Source: an uncultured Phycisphaeraceae bacterium (GTDB lineage: Bacteria > Planctomycetota > Phycisphaerae > Phycisphaerales > UBA1924). Taken from it: DNA of 64,000 nt. Positions 1-9,284 of the stretch are shown here, in pieces. Under the pieces are notes generated by a model that searched no databases, had not been told where the DNA came from, and was given only the letters and a program-made list of their open reading frames with translations. Within the stretch, counting starts at the first letter, position 1; the number at the start of each line of letters is the position of its first letter. A program made the position numbers and the translations under genes. The DNA lies in assembly GCA_964615815.1 (NCBI GenBank), contig CAZTQV010000013.1, positions 50,359-114,358 of the forward strand. The letters run 5' to 3'.

Positions 1-545
1 GACTGGTACGACGGGCCCGAGTCCGTCCCCGCGTCGTAGGCGTAGAGGTCGAACACCAGCTCACGCGCCCACACGCCGCCCGGCCGCAGGTCCACGCCGT
101 GGATGCCCACGAACCAGTCCGGGCTCGGCGCGATCATCGTGACGAGCGTGACCAGCGGGAACCCCGCGTCGGCCGTGAAAAGCCCGTTGCGCACGCCCGG
201 CGAGAGCTGGATCCCGCGCAGGTTCAGGAACTGGTCCGCCCCGCCGAGCGCGATGTGCGACTGCACCTCCGTCTCGAGCGTGCCCGTCGCGCCCAGCTCG
301 GCCATCCGCTCGATGCCGTCGGTCGCGATGCCGTCCGGCTCCCAGAGCGAGACGCCCGCGGTGTGCGTCGCGCCGATGATCTCCGAGAAGTGCGGGTTGC
401 TCGGGAAGTTCGTCGGGTGCGTGACGACGCTCCACTCCGCGTCGAGCGTCATGCGGTACTCCACGGTCTGCTGGGCGAACGCGGGCGTGGCAACGCACCC
501 GAGCGCGATCACGCTCAGGCGGCACGGGGCGGCGGCTATCAACAT
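1..545 (-). CDS. Secreted Spondin_N-domain protein, N-terminal part only. The gene continues beyond the window start, so it has no stop here and is not in the ORF track.
   Basis: Manual reverse-complement translation from the ATG at 543-545 gives MLIAAAPCRLSVIALGCVATPAFAQQTVEYRMTLDAEWSVVTHPTNFPSNPHFSEIIGATHTAGVSLWEPDGIATDGIERMAELGATGTLETEVQSH... It begins with a signal peptide, followed by the Spondin_N pattern (RMTLDAEWS ... HP ... FP.NPHFS.IIGATH). GC3 bias fits the local coding pattern. Confidence 0.55.
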   Translation of the reverse strand, partial: MLIAAAPCRLSVIALGCVATPAFAQQTVEYRMTLDAEWSVVTHPTNFPSNPHFSEIIGATHTAGVSLWEPDGIATDGIERMAELGATGTLETEVQSHIALGGADQFLNLRGIQLSPGVRNGLFTADAGFPLVTLVTMIAPSPDWFVGIHGVDLRPGGVWARELVFDLYAYDAGTDSGPSYQ

Positions 546-676
546 GGCAAGGCTCCGGAACGGCGGCTATCCGAATCGCGACGACCGACCGGCCGCCGCG
601 GCCCGCGGGAAACGCACGAAAGGACCCCGCTATTCCGCAATTCTCGCGACAAGCCGCGATCGACTCAACCCACCCG

Positions 677-2179
677 TTACGGGCACCCCGCCGTGTACGC
701 CGCGAGGAACGCGCTGATGTCCGCGAAGGTGAACTGCCCCGCCGGGGCCGCGAGGTCGGCGACCGGGTCGGCGAAGCTGAACGCGCTCAGGAACATCGCG
801 ATATCGCCGAAGGTCAGCTCGTTGAACGGCACCGCGAGGTCCGCCGCGTTGCACGAGGTGGTCGCGAAGGCCACGCTGTCCACGAAAACCGATCCGCCCG
901 GGCTCGACGCCGGCTGGCGGAAGAGGAGCGTCACGCGGGCCTCGACGGCGCCGGCGGGCGCGGCGCCCGTGAGCTCGAAGCGCGACCAGGTGTCCTCGGG
1001 CGAGCCCGCGTCGGCGATCACGATCTCGCTCTCGCCCAGGAACTGAGGCGACCCGTACGCGGCCCCGGCCTCGCTGTAGAACTCGACCTTGAGCAGCGCC
1101 TCGTTCGCGGTGCCCGCGATCGAGTCTTCCGAGCGCGTCAGCGCCTCGCAGCTCGCGACGAACCGCTGCCCGCCGCGGATCGCAACATTCTGCGACGCGC
1201 CGGAGTAGTTCTCCGAGCCGCTGAACTGCCCGTACATCTTGAGCGACCGCTCGCCGTCGAGGGGCGTGCCCCAGTCGGAGAAGACATTGCCGATCGTGTC
1301 GCCGAAGCGGTTCCACGCGTTCATCGCGCCGTTGTCGTCCTCGAAGCCCGCGTCGACCAGCAGCGACACCGGAGGCGGCGGCGTCGCCTGGCGCTGCCAC
1401 ACGCGCACATAGTCGATGTCGAACCACGCGGGGAAGGGCGTCGTCCAGTCCGGGTTCCCCGAGTAATTGCCGCCCACGGCGAGGTTCAGCACGATGCTCT
1501 TGGGCGTCCAGGGGAGGCCGACCGCGGGCTCGTACACCGTCATGTGCTGCACGCCGTCGACATAGAAGCGGACCGTGCCCGGCTCCCACTCGGCCGCGTA
1601 GATGTGGTACCCCGCCTGGAAGTTCGCCCCGCTCTCGTAAGCCTGCGAGACATACTGGTGCGACGCGACATCCCACCCCCAGTGCACCGCGCTGCTGATC
1701 CGCCAGGGCAGGTCGCCGCGTGCCTCCATGATGTCGATCTCGCCGCCCGCGGGCCACGACGCGTTCCGCGGCAAGAGCCAGATCGCCGGCCAGAAGCCTG
1801 TTCCGTTGGGCACCTTCGCCCGCACCTCGAAGCGCCCGTGGCTCCACTCCTGCCAGGTCCGCACCAGGCCCGAGTTGTACTCGCGCCCGAAGTTCCAGTT
1901 GGGGTCGCGGTCCGCCCGCAGGCGCAGCGACCCGCCCGACACCGCGACCTGGTTCGGGTGGTAGTACTGCAGCTCGTTGTTGTTGCTGCCGGCCCAGTTG
2001 GCCACCTCCCACGCCCCTTGGTTGATCGAGGCACCGTCGAAGGTGTCCTGGAACACCGGGTAGCCCCAGCCCGGCGCGATCACCACCTGCCCCAGCGCCG
2101 GCGACGCGAGCAATGCACAGCCAGCACAGGCAGCAAGGGCGAAGGCGCCGGCGACGGACTTGGATCGTGGGCAGGGCAT
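677..2179 (-). CDS. Secreted GH16 beta-glucanase (laminarinase-like) with a central CBM-like domain and a C-terminal tandem FADIS module.
   Basis: Signal peptide MPCPRSKSVAGAFALAACAGCALLA. GH16 catalytic motif GGEIDIMEARG (ExDxxE). C-terminus ...LTFGDIAMFLSAFSFADPVADLAAPAGQFTFADISAFLAAYTAGCP. Confidence 0.85.
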   Translation of the reverse strand: MPCPRSKSVAGAFALAACAGCALLASPALGQVVIAPGWGYPVFQDTFDGASINQGAWEVANWAGSNNNELQYYHPNQVAVSGGSLRLRADRDPNWNFGREYNSGLVRTWQEWSHGRFEVRAKVPNGTGFWPAIWLLPRNASWPAGGEIDIMEARGDLPWRISSAVHWGWDVASHQYVSQAYESGANFQAGYHIYAAEWEPGTVRFYVDGVQHMTVYEPAVGLPWTPKSIVLNLAVGGNYSGNPDWTTPFPAWFDIDYVRVWQRQATPPPPVSLLVDAGFEDDNGAMNAWNRFGDTIGNVFSDWGTPLDGERSLKMYGQFSGSENYSGASQNVAIRGGQRFVASCEALTRSEDSIAGTANEALLKVEFYSEAGAAYGSPQFLGESEIVIADAGSPEDTWSRFELTGAAPAGAVEARVTLLFRQPASSPGGSVFVDSVAFATTSCNAADLAVPFNELTFGDIAMFLSAFSFADPVADLAAPAGQFTFADISAFLAAYTAGCP

Positions 2180-2321
2180 CGGGCACCTCCGGAGATATGG
2201 TCAAACAATCGGCCCAACAGACTATCTGCACGCGAACACCAACGGAAGCAGAATCCGCCGGGAAACGCCGCCGAATCGCCGCGTTTCGGGTTCTCCCTCT
2301 ATCGGTTCTCGGGCACAAGCG

Positions 2322-3317
2322 TCAGTCGGCGTGCGGCGTGAAGGTCGCCCCGCCCAGCCGGCCCGCCGCGGCGCGGGCTGCTTCGGGAGACGCGATCCGC
2401 GCGATCGTCGCGAGCGCGTCGGCGATCCAGCCTCGGCGAGCGGTCACGGTGACCGCGTCGCCGGGCGAAAGCGGGCGGGCGGACGCGGGATCGACGATGT
2501 GCGAGACCGCGTCGGTCCCCTCTCCGCCGGTGACCGACACAACGCGGTACGCATCGCCCGAGGTCGCGACGCCGGCGCGGGCGTCGCGTAGCGTGACCGA
2601 TCGCCCCGCGCCGTCCGTCGCGCGGATGGTCCACGCCTCCGCGCCCGGCGGCGGATCGCCGAGCGCGAGGTCGCCGCCGATCTCGACAAACGCCGAGGAA
2701 TAGCCGCTGTTCTTCAGCGTATCGAGCGCGACATCGGCGGCGAGCCCCTTGCCGATCCCACCGAAGTCCAGCCGCATACCCGCGCGGGCAAACCGCACGC
2801 GTCCGTGTGCCGCATCGAGCTCGAGATGCCCCATGCCGACGCGGGACGCCGCGTCAACCTGCTCATCCTCAGAAGGTGGCACGCCGGTGCGGGCGGCCTC
2901 GCGCCAGAGCGCTGTCACGGGGCCGATGGTGATGTCGAACGCCCCGTCCGACGCACGCCACGCCTCTCGAGACTTCGCGATGGCGTCGATCAGCATCGGG
3001 CTCGCGTCGTGCCAGGCACCCGGCTCGCGTTGCATCAGCAGCATCGCCTCGCTGTCGACGCGGTAGTCGGAGAGGGCTCGCTCGAGTTCGTCGATAACGC
3101 CGAACGCACGCCGCACCGCGGCCACGGGCTCCGTTTCGGCGTAGATGACGATTCGGACGCGGCTTCCCATCGCGAGCCTTGCGTACTCGAAGCGTTCGGC
3201 GGTAGTCTGTGGAGCCCGGTTCGGGGATGTCGTCGCGGCACAACCGAGGGTCATCAGGAGCGCGATCGCGGTGCCGAAAACGACGACGATGTGGCGGCTG
3301 GTGTGGGCGGCGGGCAT
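2322..3317 (-). CDS. apbE: ApbE family FAD:protein FMN transferase, probable lipoprotein.
   Basis: Conserved ApbE blocks FEYARLAMGSRVRIVIY, GGIGKGLAADVA and IRATDGAG. The likely start is the internal Met (MPAAHTSRHIVVVFGTAIALLMTLGC), which gives a signal peptide plus a Cys lipobox. The ORF track extends it to 3491. Confidence 0.65.
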   Translation of the reverse strand: MPAAHTSRHIVVVFGTAIALLMTLGCAATTSPNRAPQTTAERFEYARLAMGSRVRIVIYAETEPVAAVRRAFGVIDELERALSDYRVDSEAMLLMQREPGAWHDASPMLIDAIAKSREAWRASDGAFDITIGPVTALWREAARTGVPPSEDEQVDAASRVGMGHLELDAAHGRVRFARAGMRLDFGGIGKGLAADVALDTLKNSGYSSAFVEIGGDLALGDPPPGAEAWTIRATDGAGRSVTLRDARAGVATSGDAYRVVSVTGGEGTDAVSHIVDPASARPLSPGDAVTVTARRGWIADALATIARIASPEAARAAAGRLGGATFTPHAD

Positions 3318-4119
3318 CGTCGGGACGGTAGCGGTTTGTGCGCGCGGCGGGGTCGGCGGGTGTGCGCTTTCCGGGGTCGGCGAATGTGCGCGCACAGCCG
3401 CGAATGGCGCGCGCACGGATGCCGCGGCCGTGCGCACGATCCGCATCCCCGGCACGGTTGTGGAGTTCGAGTTTGTGCGCGTGGGGCGCACAGAAGGCCC
3501 GGACCTCTGGGTCGCGCGGCACGAGGTGACCTGGGATCTCTACGACATCTACCTCTACGCGCTCGATGTCCCGGAGGGCGAGGCCGACCCGGTGACGCGG
3601 CCGAGCAAGCCGTATGTGCCGCCGGACCGGGGGATGGGGCACGCGGGGTTTCCCGCGATGGGGATGACGCGGCGGGCGGCGGAGGGGTTCTGCGAGTGGC
3701 TCTCAGAGAAGATAGATATACCGGTGCGGCTGCCGACCGAAGATGAGTTTAAATATTATGCAACATTAGAAGAGGGTGAGGTCGGGTCGGAGTTTGCCTG
3801 GACGGAGGAGAACGCGGGCGGGGGAACGAAGCCGGTGGGGTCGCTCGCGGCGAACGGGCACGGCTTGCACGACACGCTCGGGAATGTTGCGGAGTGGGTG
3901 TCGGGCGAGGGCAAGCCCCGGGCGATGGGGGGGAGCTATCTCGATGGGGCCGAGGCCTGCACGCCCTCATCGGTGCAGGAGCAGGCGCGGAGCTGGAACC
4001 GGTCGGACCCGCAGATCCCGAAGAGCCGGTGGTGGCTCGCGGACTGTTCGTGGGTGGGGTTCCGGTTTGTGGCGGAAGTCGACGGCGACGCGGCGGAGGA
4101 GCACGGCGATGACGAGTGA
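3289..4119 (+). CDS. Formylglycine-generating enzyme (SUMF1/FGE) family protein.
   Basis: FGE-sulfatase signature LHDTLGNVAEWV...MGGSYL. Start taken at MWRLVWAAGIVG (signal-like); the track ORF 3145..4119 starts earlier. The start is uncertain because it overlaps the apbE 5' end. Confidence 0.6.
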   Translation: MWRLVWAAGIVGTVAVCARGGVGGCALSGVGECARTAANGARTDAAAVRTIRIPGTVVEFEFVRVGRTEGPDLWVARHEVTWDLYDIYLYALDVPEGEADPVTRPSKPYVPPDRGMGHAGFPAMGMTRRAAEGFCEWLSEKIDIPVRLPTEDEFKYYATLEEGEVGSEFAWTEENAGGGTKPVGSLAANGHGLHDTLGNVAEWVSGEGKPRAMGGSYLDGAEACTPSSVQEQARSWNRSDPQIPKSRWWLADCSWVGFRFVAEVDGDAAEEHGDDE

Positions 4120-5419
4120 CTGGACGCGGCGCGACTTCGTGAAGACGGCGGCGGTGGTCGGCGGGCTGTCGGCGATCACGGGACCGGCTTTCGCGCGTGC
4201 AAGGGCGGGGGTGTCGGAGCTGCGCGTCGGGGTCGTTGGCTGCGGGGGGCGCGGGACCGGGGCGGTGGTGCAGGCGCTGCGGGCGGACCCCGGGGCGGTG
4301 CTGTGGGCGATGGGCGATGTGTTTCCGGAGAAGATCGAGTCGTGCCGGGGGTACGCGGCGAGCGACCTTTCGGAGGATCACGACGAGCGGTCGGTGGCGC
4401 AGAAGACGACCGTTCCGGCGGAGCGGCGGTTCGGGGGGTTCGACGCGTACAAGGGCGTGATCGATTCGGGCGTCGATGTGATCCTGCTGACGACGCCGCC
4501 GGCGTTTCGGCCGGCGCAGCTCGCCGCGTCGGTCGCGGCGGGGCTGCATGTGTTCTGCGAGAAGCCGGTGGCGGTGGATGCGCCGGGCGTGCGGAGCGTG
4601 CTGGCCAGCGCGGCGGAGGCGAAGCGGCGCGGGCTGAGCCTGATGAGCGGGTTCTGCTGGCGGTACCAGGACCAGGTGCGGGAAACCTTTGCACGGCTGC
4701 ACGCGGGGGGCATCGGCGACCTGCACACGGTCCAGAGCACTTACAACACGACGGGGTGGGTGCCGGCGAAGGCTCGGGAGGTGGGGTGGTCGGACGCCGA
4801 GTTCCAGGTGCGGAACTGGCAGTACTTCCACCCGATCTCGGGCGACCATGTGGTGGAGCAGGCGGTGCACGCGATCGACTGGATCGCGTGGGCGATGCAG
4901 GACGCGGCGCCGGAGCGGTGCTTCGCGGTGGGGGGGCGGCAGACGCGGCCCGACACGGCGGAGACGGGCAATGTCTTCGACCACTTCTCGATCACCTACG
5001 AGTACCCGGGCGGGGCGCGGGCGTACCACACCTGCCGGCACTGGCCCAACACGCCTTCGGACAACTCGATGTACGCGCTCGGGTCCGCGGGGTCGTGCAC
5101 GATGAAGCCCTGGACGAACGAGCACCGGATCGAGGGCGCGACGCCCTGGAAGGGCTCGGCTGCGGGGAACGACATGTACCAGCGCGAGCACGATGTGCTG
5201 TTCGGCGCGGTGCGGTCTGGCGAGCCGGTGAACGACGGTGTGTTCATGGCGCACACGACGCTGCTCGCGATCATGGGGCGGATGGCGGCGTACACGGGCG
5301 GCGTGATCACCTGGGAGCAGGCGTTGGCGTCGGAGGAGGACCTGAACCCGGAGCCGTGGGCGATGGGCGAGCGGGCGACGCCGATGATCGCGGTGCCGGG
5401 CACGACGAGGTTCGCCTGA
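4109..5419 (+). CDS. Tat-exported Gfo/Idh/MocA family NAD(P)-dependent oxidoreductase.
   Basis: Twin-arginine signal MTSDWTRRDFVKTAAVVGGLSA. Rossmann motif RVGVVGCGGRGTG. The ATG at 4109 overlaps the upstream stop (ATGACGAGTGA). Confidence 0.85.
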   Translation: MTSDWTRRDFVKTAAVVGGLSAITGPAFARARAGVSELRVGVVGCGGRGTGAVVQALRADPGAVLWAMGDVFPEKIESCRGYAASDLSEDHDERSVAQKTTVPAERRFGGFDAYKGVIDSGVDVILLTTPPAFRPAQLAASVAAGLHVFCEKPVAVDAPGVRSVLASAAEAKRRGLSLMSGFCWRYQDQVRETFARLHAGGIGDLHTVQSTYNTTGWVPAKAREVGWSDAEFQVRNWQYFHPISGDHVVEQAVHAIDWIAWAMQDAAPERCFAVGGRQTRPDTAETGNVFDHFSITYEYPGGARAYHTCRHWPNTPSDNSMYALGSAGSCTMKPWTNEHRIEGATPWKGSAAGNDMYQREHDVLFGAVRSGEPVNDGVFMAHTTLLAIMGRMAAYTGGVITWEQALASEEDLNPEPWAMGERATPMIAVPGTTRFA

Positions 5420-6378
5420 TGGACCGGCGCGGCTTCATGGCGGGGCTCGCGGCGGCGGGGCTGGGGGCGGCGTTGGTCGCGCGGTCGCGGGGGGGCGAGC
5501 CTTCGCGCGAGGTGCTGCCGATTCGCACGGCGGTGAAGATCGGGATGATCGCGGGGGGGACGGGGCTGGTCGAGAAGTTCGCGATCGCGCGGGAGGCGGG
5601 GTTCGCCGGGGTGGAGCTGGATGCGCCGGCCGATCTTGATTCGGCGGAGGTCGCGGAAGCGAAGACGCGGACGGGGATCGTGGTGCCGGGGGTGGTGAAC
5701 TCGGTGCACTGGGCGAAGCCTCTCAACCATCCCGAGGCGTCGGTGCGGGAGGAGGGCGTCGCGGGGCTGGAGGCGGCGGTGCGCTCGGCGGCGGCGTGGT
5801 GCACGAAGACGGTGGCGCACGGGCCGACGGTGCTGCTGGTGCCGGCGGTGGTGCGGAAGGAGATGTCGTACGCGGAGGCGTGGCGGCTTTCGATGGAGGG
5901 GATCCTGCGTGTGCTTCCCTTGGCGCGGGAACTGGGCGTGCGGGTGGCGATCGAGAATGTGTGGAACGAGTTCCTCTTGAGCCCGGTGGAGGCGGCGCGG
6001 TACTCGGATGAGATCAACGAGCGGGCGGGGTGGGCCGGTGTGGGGTGGCACTTCGACATCGGGAATGTGTGGCGGTACGGGTGGCCCGAGCACTGGATCG
6101 CGGCGCTGGGCCCGAGGATCTGGCGCCTGGATGTCAAGGGGTACAGCCGGGCGAAGGCGGACGAGACGGGCAAGTGGTCGGGTTTCGGGGTCGAGATCGG
6201 CGACGGTGACCTCGACTGGGCGGCGGTGCGCACGGCGCTGCGGGGGATTGGCTATCGCGGGTGGGCGGCGGCGGAGGTGCGCGGCGGGGACGAGGCGCGG
6301 CTGCGCGAAGTGAGCGACCGGATGGATCGGGTGCTGGGGCTTGGTGGTTCGGGTTTAGATGAGGAGGCGCGGCCGTGA
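5419..6378 (+). CDS. Tat-exported sugar phosphate isomerase/epimerase (xylose isomerase-like TIM barrel).
   Basis: Tat motif MDRRGFMAGLAAAGLGAAL. TIM-barrel family blocks RVAIENVWNEFL and WHFDIGN. Its start overlaps the stop of the previous gene. Confidence 0.8.
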   Translation: MDRRGFMAGLAAAGLGAALVARSRGGEPSREVLPIRTAVKIGMIAGGTGLVEKFAIAREAGFAGVELDAPADLDSAEVAEAKTRTGIVVPGVVNSVHWAKPLNHPEASVREEGVAGLEAAVRSAAAWCTKTVAHGPTVLLVPAVVRKEMSYAEAWRLSMEGILRVLPLARELGVRVAIENVWNEFLLSPVEAARYSDEINERAGWAGVGWHFDIGNVWRYGWPEHWIAALGPRIWRLDVKGYSRAKADETGKWSGFGVEIGDGDLDWAAVRTALRGIGYRGWAAAEVRGGDEARLREVSDRMDRVLGLGGSGLDEEARP

Positions 6379-7649
6379 GCAGCGAGATGACGAGGCGTGA
6401 TGTGGTCAAGGCCGGGCTGGTGGCGGGCGCGGGGGCGCTGGTGGCGCCGGCGTTCGGGGCTCGGCTGAGCCGGAACGGGGCGGAGCGGATCCGCGTGGGC
6501 GTGATCGGGTGCGGGGGGCGCGGGACGGGGGCGGCGTGGAACGCTCTGGAGGCGGACGAATCGGTGGAAGTGGTTGCGTTGGCGGACCTCTTCGAGGATC
6601 GGCTGATGCGGTCGGCCGGGCAGCTGCGCGAGGAGTGGGGGGCGCGGGCGGATGTGGGGGAGGGGACGCGGTTCAGCGGGTTCGACGCGTACGAGAAGCT
6701 GCTGGCGCTGCGCGAGGTGGACATGGTGTGCCTGGCGACGCCGCCGCACTTCCGGCCGATTCACTTTGAGGCGGCGGTGCGGGCGGGCAAGCATGTGTTC
6801 ATGGAGAAGCCGGCGGCGGCGGACCCGGCGGGCGTGCGGCGGGTGATCGCGGCGGCGAAGGTGGCGGACGAGAAGGGGCTGAGCGTGGTGGCGGGGACGC
6901 AGCGGCGTCACCAGGACAACTACCTCGAGCTGATGAAGCGGGTGCGGGACGGGGCGATCGGGGAGCCGGTGAGCGCCCGGTGCTTCTGGAACCAGGGCGG
7001 GCTGTGGGTGCACGAGCGGAAGCCGGGGTACAGCGACATGGAGTGGCAGTGCCGGAACTGGCTGTATTTCTGCTGGCTCTCGGGCGACCACATCTGCGAG
7101 CAGCATGTGCACAACCTGGACGCGGTGAACTGGGTGATGGGTGGGCCGCCGGTGAAGTGCGTGGGGATGGGCGGGCGGCAGGTGCGTACGGACGCGAAGT
7201 ACGGGAACATCTTCGATCATTTCGCGATCGATTACGAGTACGCGTCGGGGGCGCACCTGACGAGCATGTGCCGGCAGATCGACGGGTGCCAGTCGCGGGT
7301 GGCGGAGTTCGTGCAGGGGACGCGGGGGCGTTCGACGAGCTGGCACGGGTACTCGAAGATCGAGGGTGAGACGGCGTGGGAGATGAAGGGCTCTGCGAAC
7401 CCGTATGTGACGGAGCACGAGGTGCTGATCGGGTCGATCCGGGGGGAGCGGAGCCGTGTGAACGAGGCGGTGCGCGTGGCGGAGAGCACGCTGACGGCGA
7501 TCATGGGTCGGATGAGCGCGTACACGGGCAAGGAGGTGACCTTCGAGCAGGCGATGGCGTCGTCGCTGGATCTGTCGCCGGCGGCGTACGCGATGGGTGA
7601 GCTGGAGACGGACCCGGTGCCGACGCCCGGGCGTACGCCTTTGGTGTGA
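6375..7649 (+). CDS. Tat-exported Gfo/Idh/MocA family oxidoreductase, paralog of 4109..5419.
   Basis: MSSEMTRRDVVKAGLVAGAGALVAPAFG Tat signal. RVGVIGCGGRGTG. Clear paralogy to 4109..5419 throughout. Confidence 0.85.
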   Translation: MSSEMTRRDVVKAGLVAGAGALVAPAFGARLSRNGAERIRVGVIGCGGRGTGAAWNALEADESVEVVALADLFEDRLMRSAGQLREEWGARADVGEGTRFSGFDAYEKLLALREVDMVCLATPPHFRPIHFEAAVRAGKHVFMEKPAAADPAGVRRVIAAAKVADEKGLSVVAGTQRRHQDNYLELMKRVRDGAIGEPVSARCFWNQGGLWVHERKPGYSDMEWQCRNWLYFCWLSGDHICEQHVHNLDAVNWVMGGPPVKCVGMGGRQVRTDAKYGNIFDHFAIDYEYASGAHLTSMCRQIDGCQSRVAEFVQGTRGRSTSWHGYSKIEGETAWEMKGSANPYVTEHEVLIGSIRGERSRVNEAVRVAESTLTAIMGRMSAYTGKEVTFEQAMASSLDLSPAAYAMGELETDPVPTPGRTPLV

Positions 7650-8605
7650 AGGGGGTCGTGATGGATCGCAGGGAGTTCGTGGCGAGTGTGGGGGCGGCGG
7701 GCGTGGCGGCGGGGCTCGGGTCGCGGGTCGCGGGAGCGGCGACGCAGCCGAAGATGCCGGGGCGCGAGGTGCGCGTCGGCGGCGACGGGCGTTTCGGGAT
7801 GCGCTTTGCGCCGCACTTCGGGATGTTCCGTCATCTGGCGGGTGAGGACGCGGTGGCGCAGCTGGAGTTCGCGGCGAAGGAGGGGTTCACGGCGTGGGAG
7901 GACAACGGGATGGCGGGGCGCTCCGAGGAGGAGCAGCGGCGGCTGGCGCGGGCGATGGACTCGCTCGGGCTGATGATGGGGGTGTTCGTCCTCAACCCCG
8001 GGACGGCGTGGGGGGCGACCTTCAGCCGGGGTGATAAGAACGACCGGCAGAAGTTCGTCGATGAGGCGAAGCGGGCGGTGGATGTGGCGGGTCGCGTGGG
8101 CGCGAAGTGGATGACCGTGGTGTGCGGGAAGCGGGAGGACCGGCTGGACCTGGACTACCAGACGGCGCACGCGGTGGACCAGTTGCGGGCGGCGGCGGAG
8201 ATCCTGGAGCCGGAGGGGCTGGTGATGGTGCTCGAGCCCCTGAATCCGCGGGATCATCCGGGGATGCTGCTGGCGAAGATGGGGCACGCGTATTCGATCT
8301 GCCGGGCGGTGAACAGCGCGTCGTGCAAGATCCTGTGCGACCTGTACCACCAGCAGATCACGGAGGGAAACCTGATCCCGAATGTCGATCGGTCGTGGGA
8401 CGAGATCGGGTACTTCCAGGTGGGCGACAACCCGGGGCGGAAGGAGCCGACGACGGGGGAGATCAACTACGCGACCGTGTTCCGGCACATCCGCGACAAG
8501 GGGTTCGAGGGCGTCGTCGGGATGGAGCACGGGAACGCCGGCGCGGGCGCGGAGGGCGAGCGGGCGGTGATCGCGGCGTACCGGTCGGTGGACCCGGGGG
8601 CGTGA
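7646..8605 (+). CDS. Tat-exported xylose isomerase-like TIM barrel protein (hydroxypyruvate isomerase-like).
   Basis: MDRREFVASVGAAGVAAGLG Tat signal. The track uses a GTG start at 7646; an ATG lies at 7661. Family block VVGMEHGN. Confidence 0.75.
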   Translation: MKGVVMDRREFVASVGAAGVAAGLGSRVAGAATQPKMPGREVRVGGDGRFGMRFAPHFGMFRHLAGEDAVAQLEFAAKEGFTAWEDNGMAGRSEEEQRRLARAMDSLGLMMGVFVLNPGTAWGATFSRGDKNDRQKFVDEAKRAVDVAGRVGAKWMTVVCGKREDRLDLDYQTAHAVDQLRAAAEILEPEGLVMVLEPLNPRDHPGMLLAKMGHAYSICRAVNSASCKILCDLYHQQITEGNLIPNVDRSWDEIGYFQVGDNPGRKEPTTGEINYATVFRHIRDKGFEGVVGMEHGNAGAGAEGERAVIAAYRSVDPGA

Positions 8606-8611
8606 TGGGCG

Positions 8612-9151
8612 TCAGGTGGTCGGCGGTGGGGGGTTGATCTCGCCCGGTGTCAGGTGCGGGGCGGCGTCGAGGTCGCGGGCGTCCATGAGGGCGGCGACGC
8701 GTTGGAGGGTGTCGAGGATGCGGTCGCGCTCGGATTGGTCGAGCTGCGCGAGGGCGGCTCGGAACTTGTCCTGCAGGGGCGAGGGCGAGGCGGCGAGGAG
8801 TTGGCGGCCGGCGTCGGTGGGGACGAGCAGCACGGAGCGGCGGTCGGCGGCGTTGGCGTCGCGGCGGACGAGGCCGCGGCGCTCGAGGCGTTGCACGATG
8901 CCGGTGACGGTGGCCTGGCTCAGGTGGACGGCGCGGGCGAGGGCGGTGGGGGAGACGGGGCCGGCGCGGACGACCTCGGAGAGGGCGGCGAGCTGGGGGC
9001 CGGTGAGGCCGTGAGCCTCGACGAGGCGGCGGGAGTGCAGGTCGACGGCGCGGATGATCTGCCTGATGGAGGCGACGATGCGTTCCTCCTGGGTGAGGGT
9101 GTCGTGCGCGGGGTGGTGGTCGGGGGAAGACCCGGGTGAGGGGTTTTTCAC
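8612..9151 (-). CDS. MarR family transcriptional regulator.
   Basis: Winged-helix MarR pattern LTGPQLAALSEV...PTALARAVHLSQATVTGIVQRLERRGLVRR. Transcribed divergently from the betaine-synthesis operon. Confidence 0.85.
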   Translation of the reverse strand: MKNPSPGSSPDHHPAHDTLTQEERIVASIRQIIRAVDLHSRRLVEAHGLTGPQLAALSEVVRAGPVSPTALARAVHLSQATVTGIVQRLERRGLVRRDANAADRRSVLLVPTDAGRQLLAASPSPLQDKFRAALAQLDQSERDRILDTLQRVAALMDARDLDAAPHLTPGEINPPPPTT

Positions 9152-9206
9152 GGGGAAAACGATACCTCGGTGCGGGGCGCGGCGGCAGGGGTTCGCCCCT
9201 ATAGTC

Positions 9207-9222
9207 GCTTTGAGTTCAAAGC
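9207..9222. promoter_or_regulatory. Perfect palindrome GCTTTGAGTTCAAAGC in the marR/GSMT divergent intergenic region. It is a candidate MarR operator, and a TATAGT -10-like hexamer lies just upstream.
   Basis: Read directly from the sequence: 7-bp arms with a 2-bp centre, sitting between divergent genes, one of which is a MarR regulator. Confidence 0.4.
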
Positions 9223-9284
9223 AACTGGCCAGTGAAGACTACTGAGGAAGAGGCGCGGCGGCGCGCCCCGAGAGGAGTACGACC

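Noticed and set aside
99-1046. 315-aa plus-strand ORF at the window start
   Set aside because: Overlaps the Spondin_N-domain gene and the GH16 C-terminus on the opposite strand. Arg-rich with no features.
3776-5419. Track ORF start at 3776 for the first Gfo/Idh/MocA gene
   Set aside because: The first 110 codons are an Arg-rich out-of-context extension overlapping the FGE gene. The Tat signal and an ATG at 4109 mark the real start.
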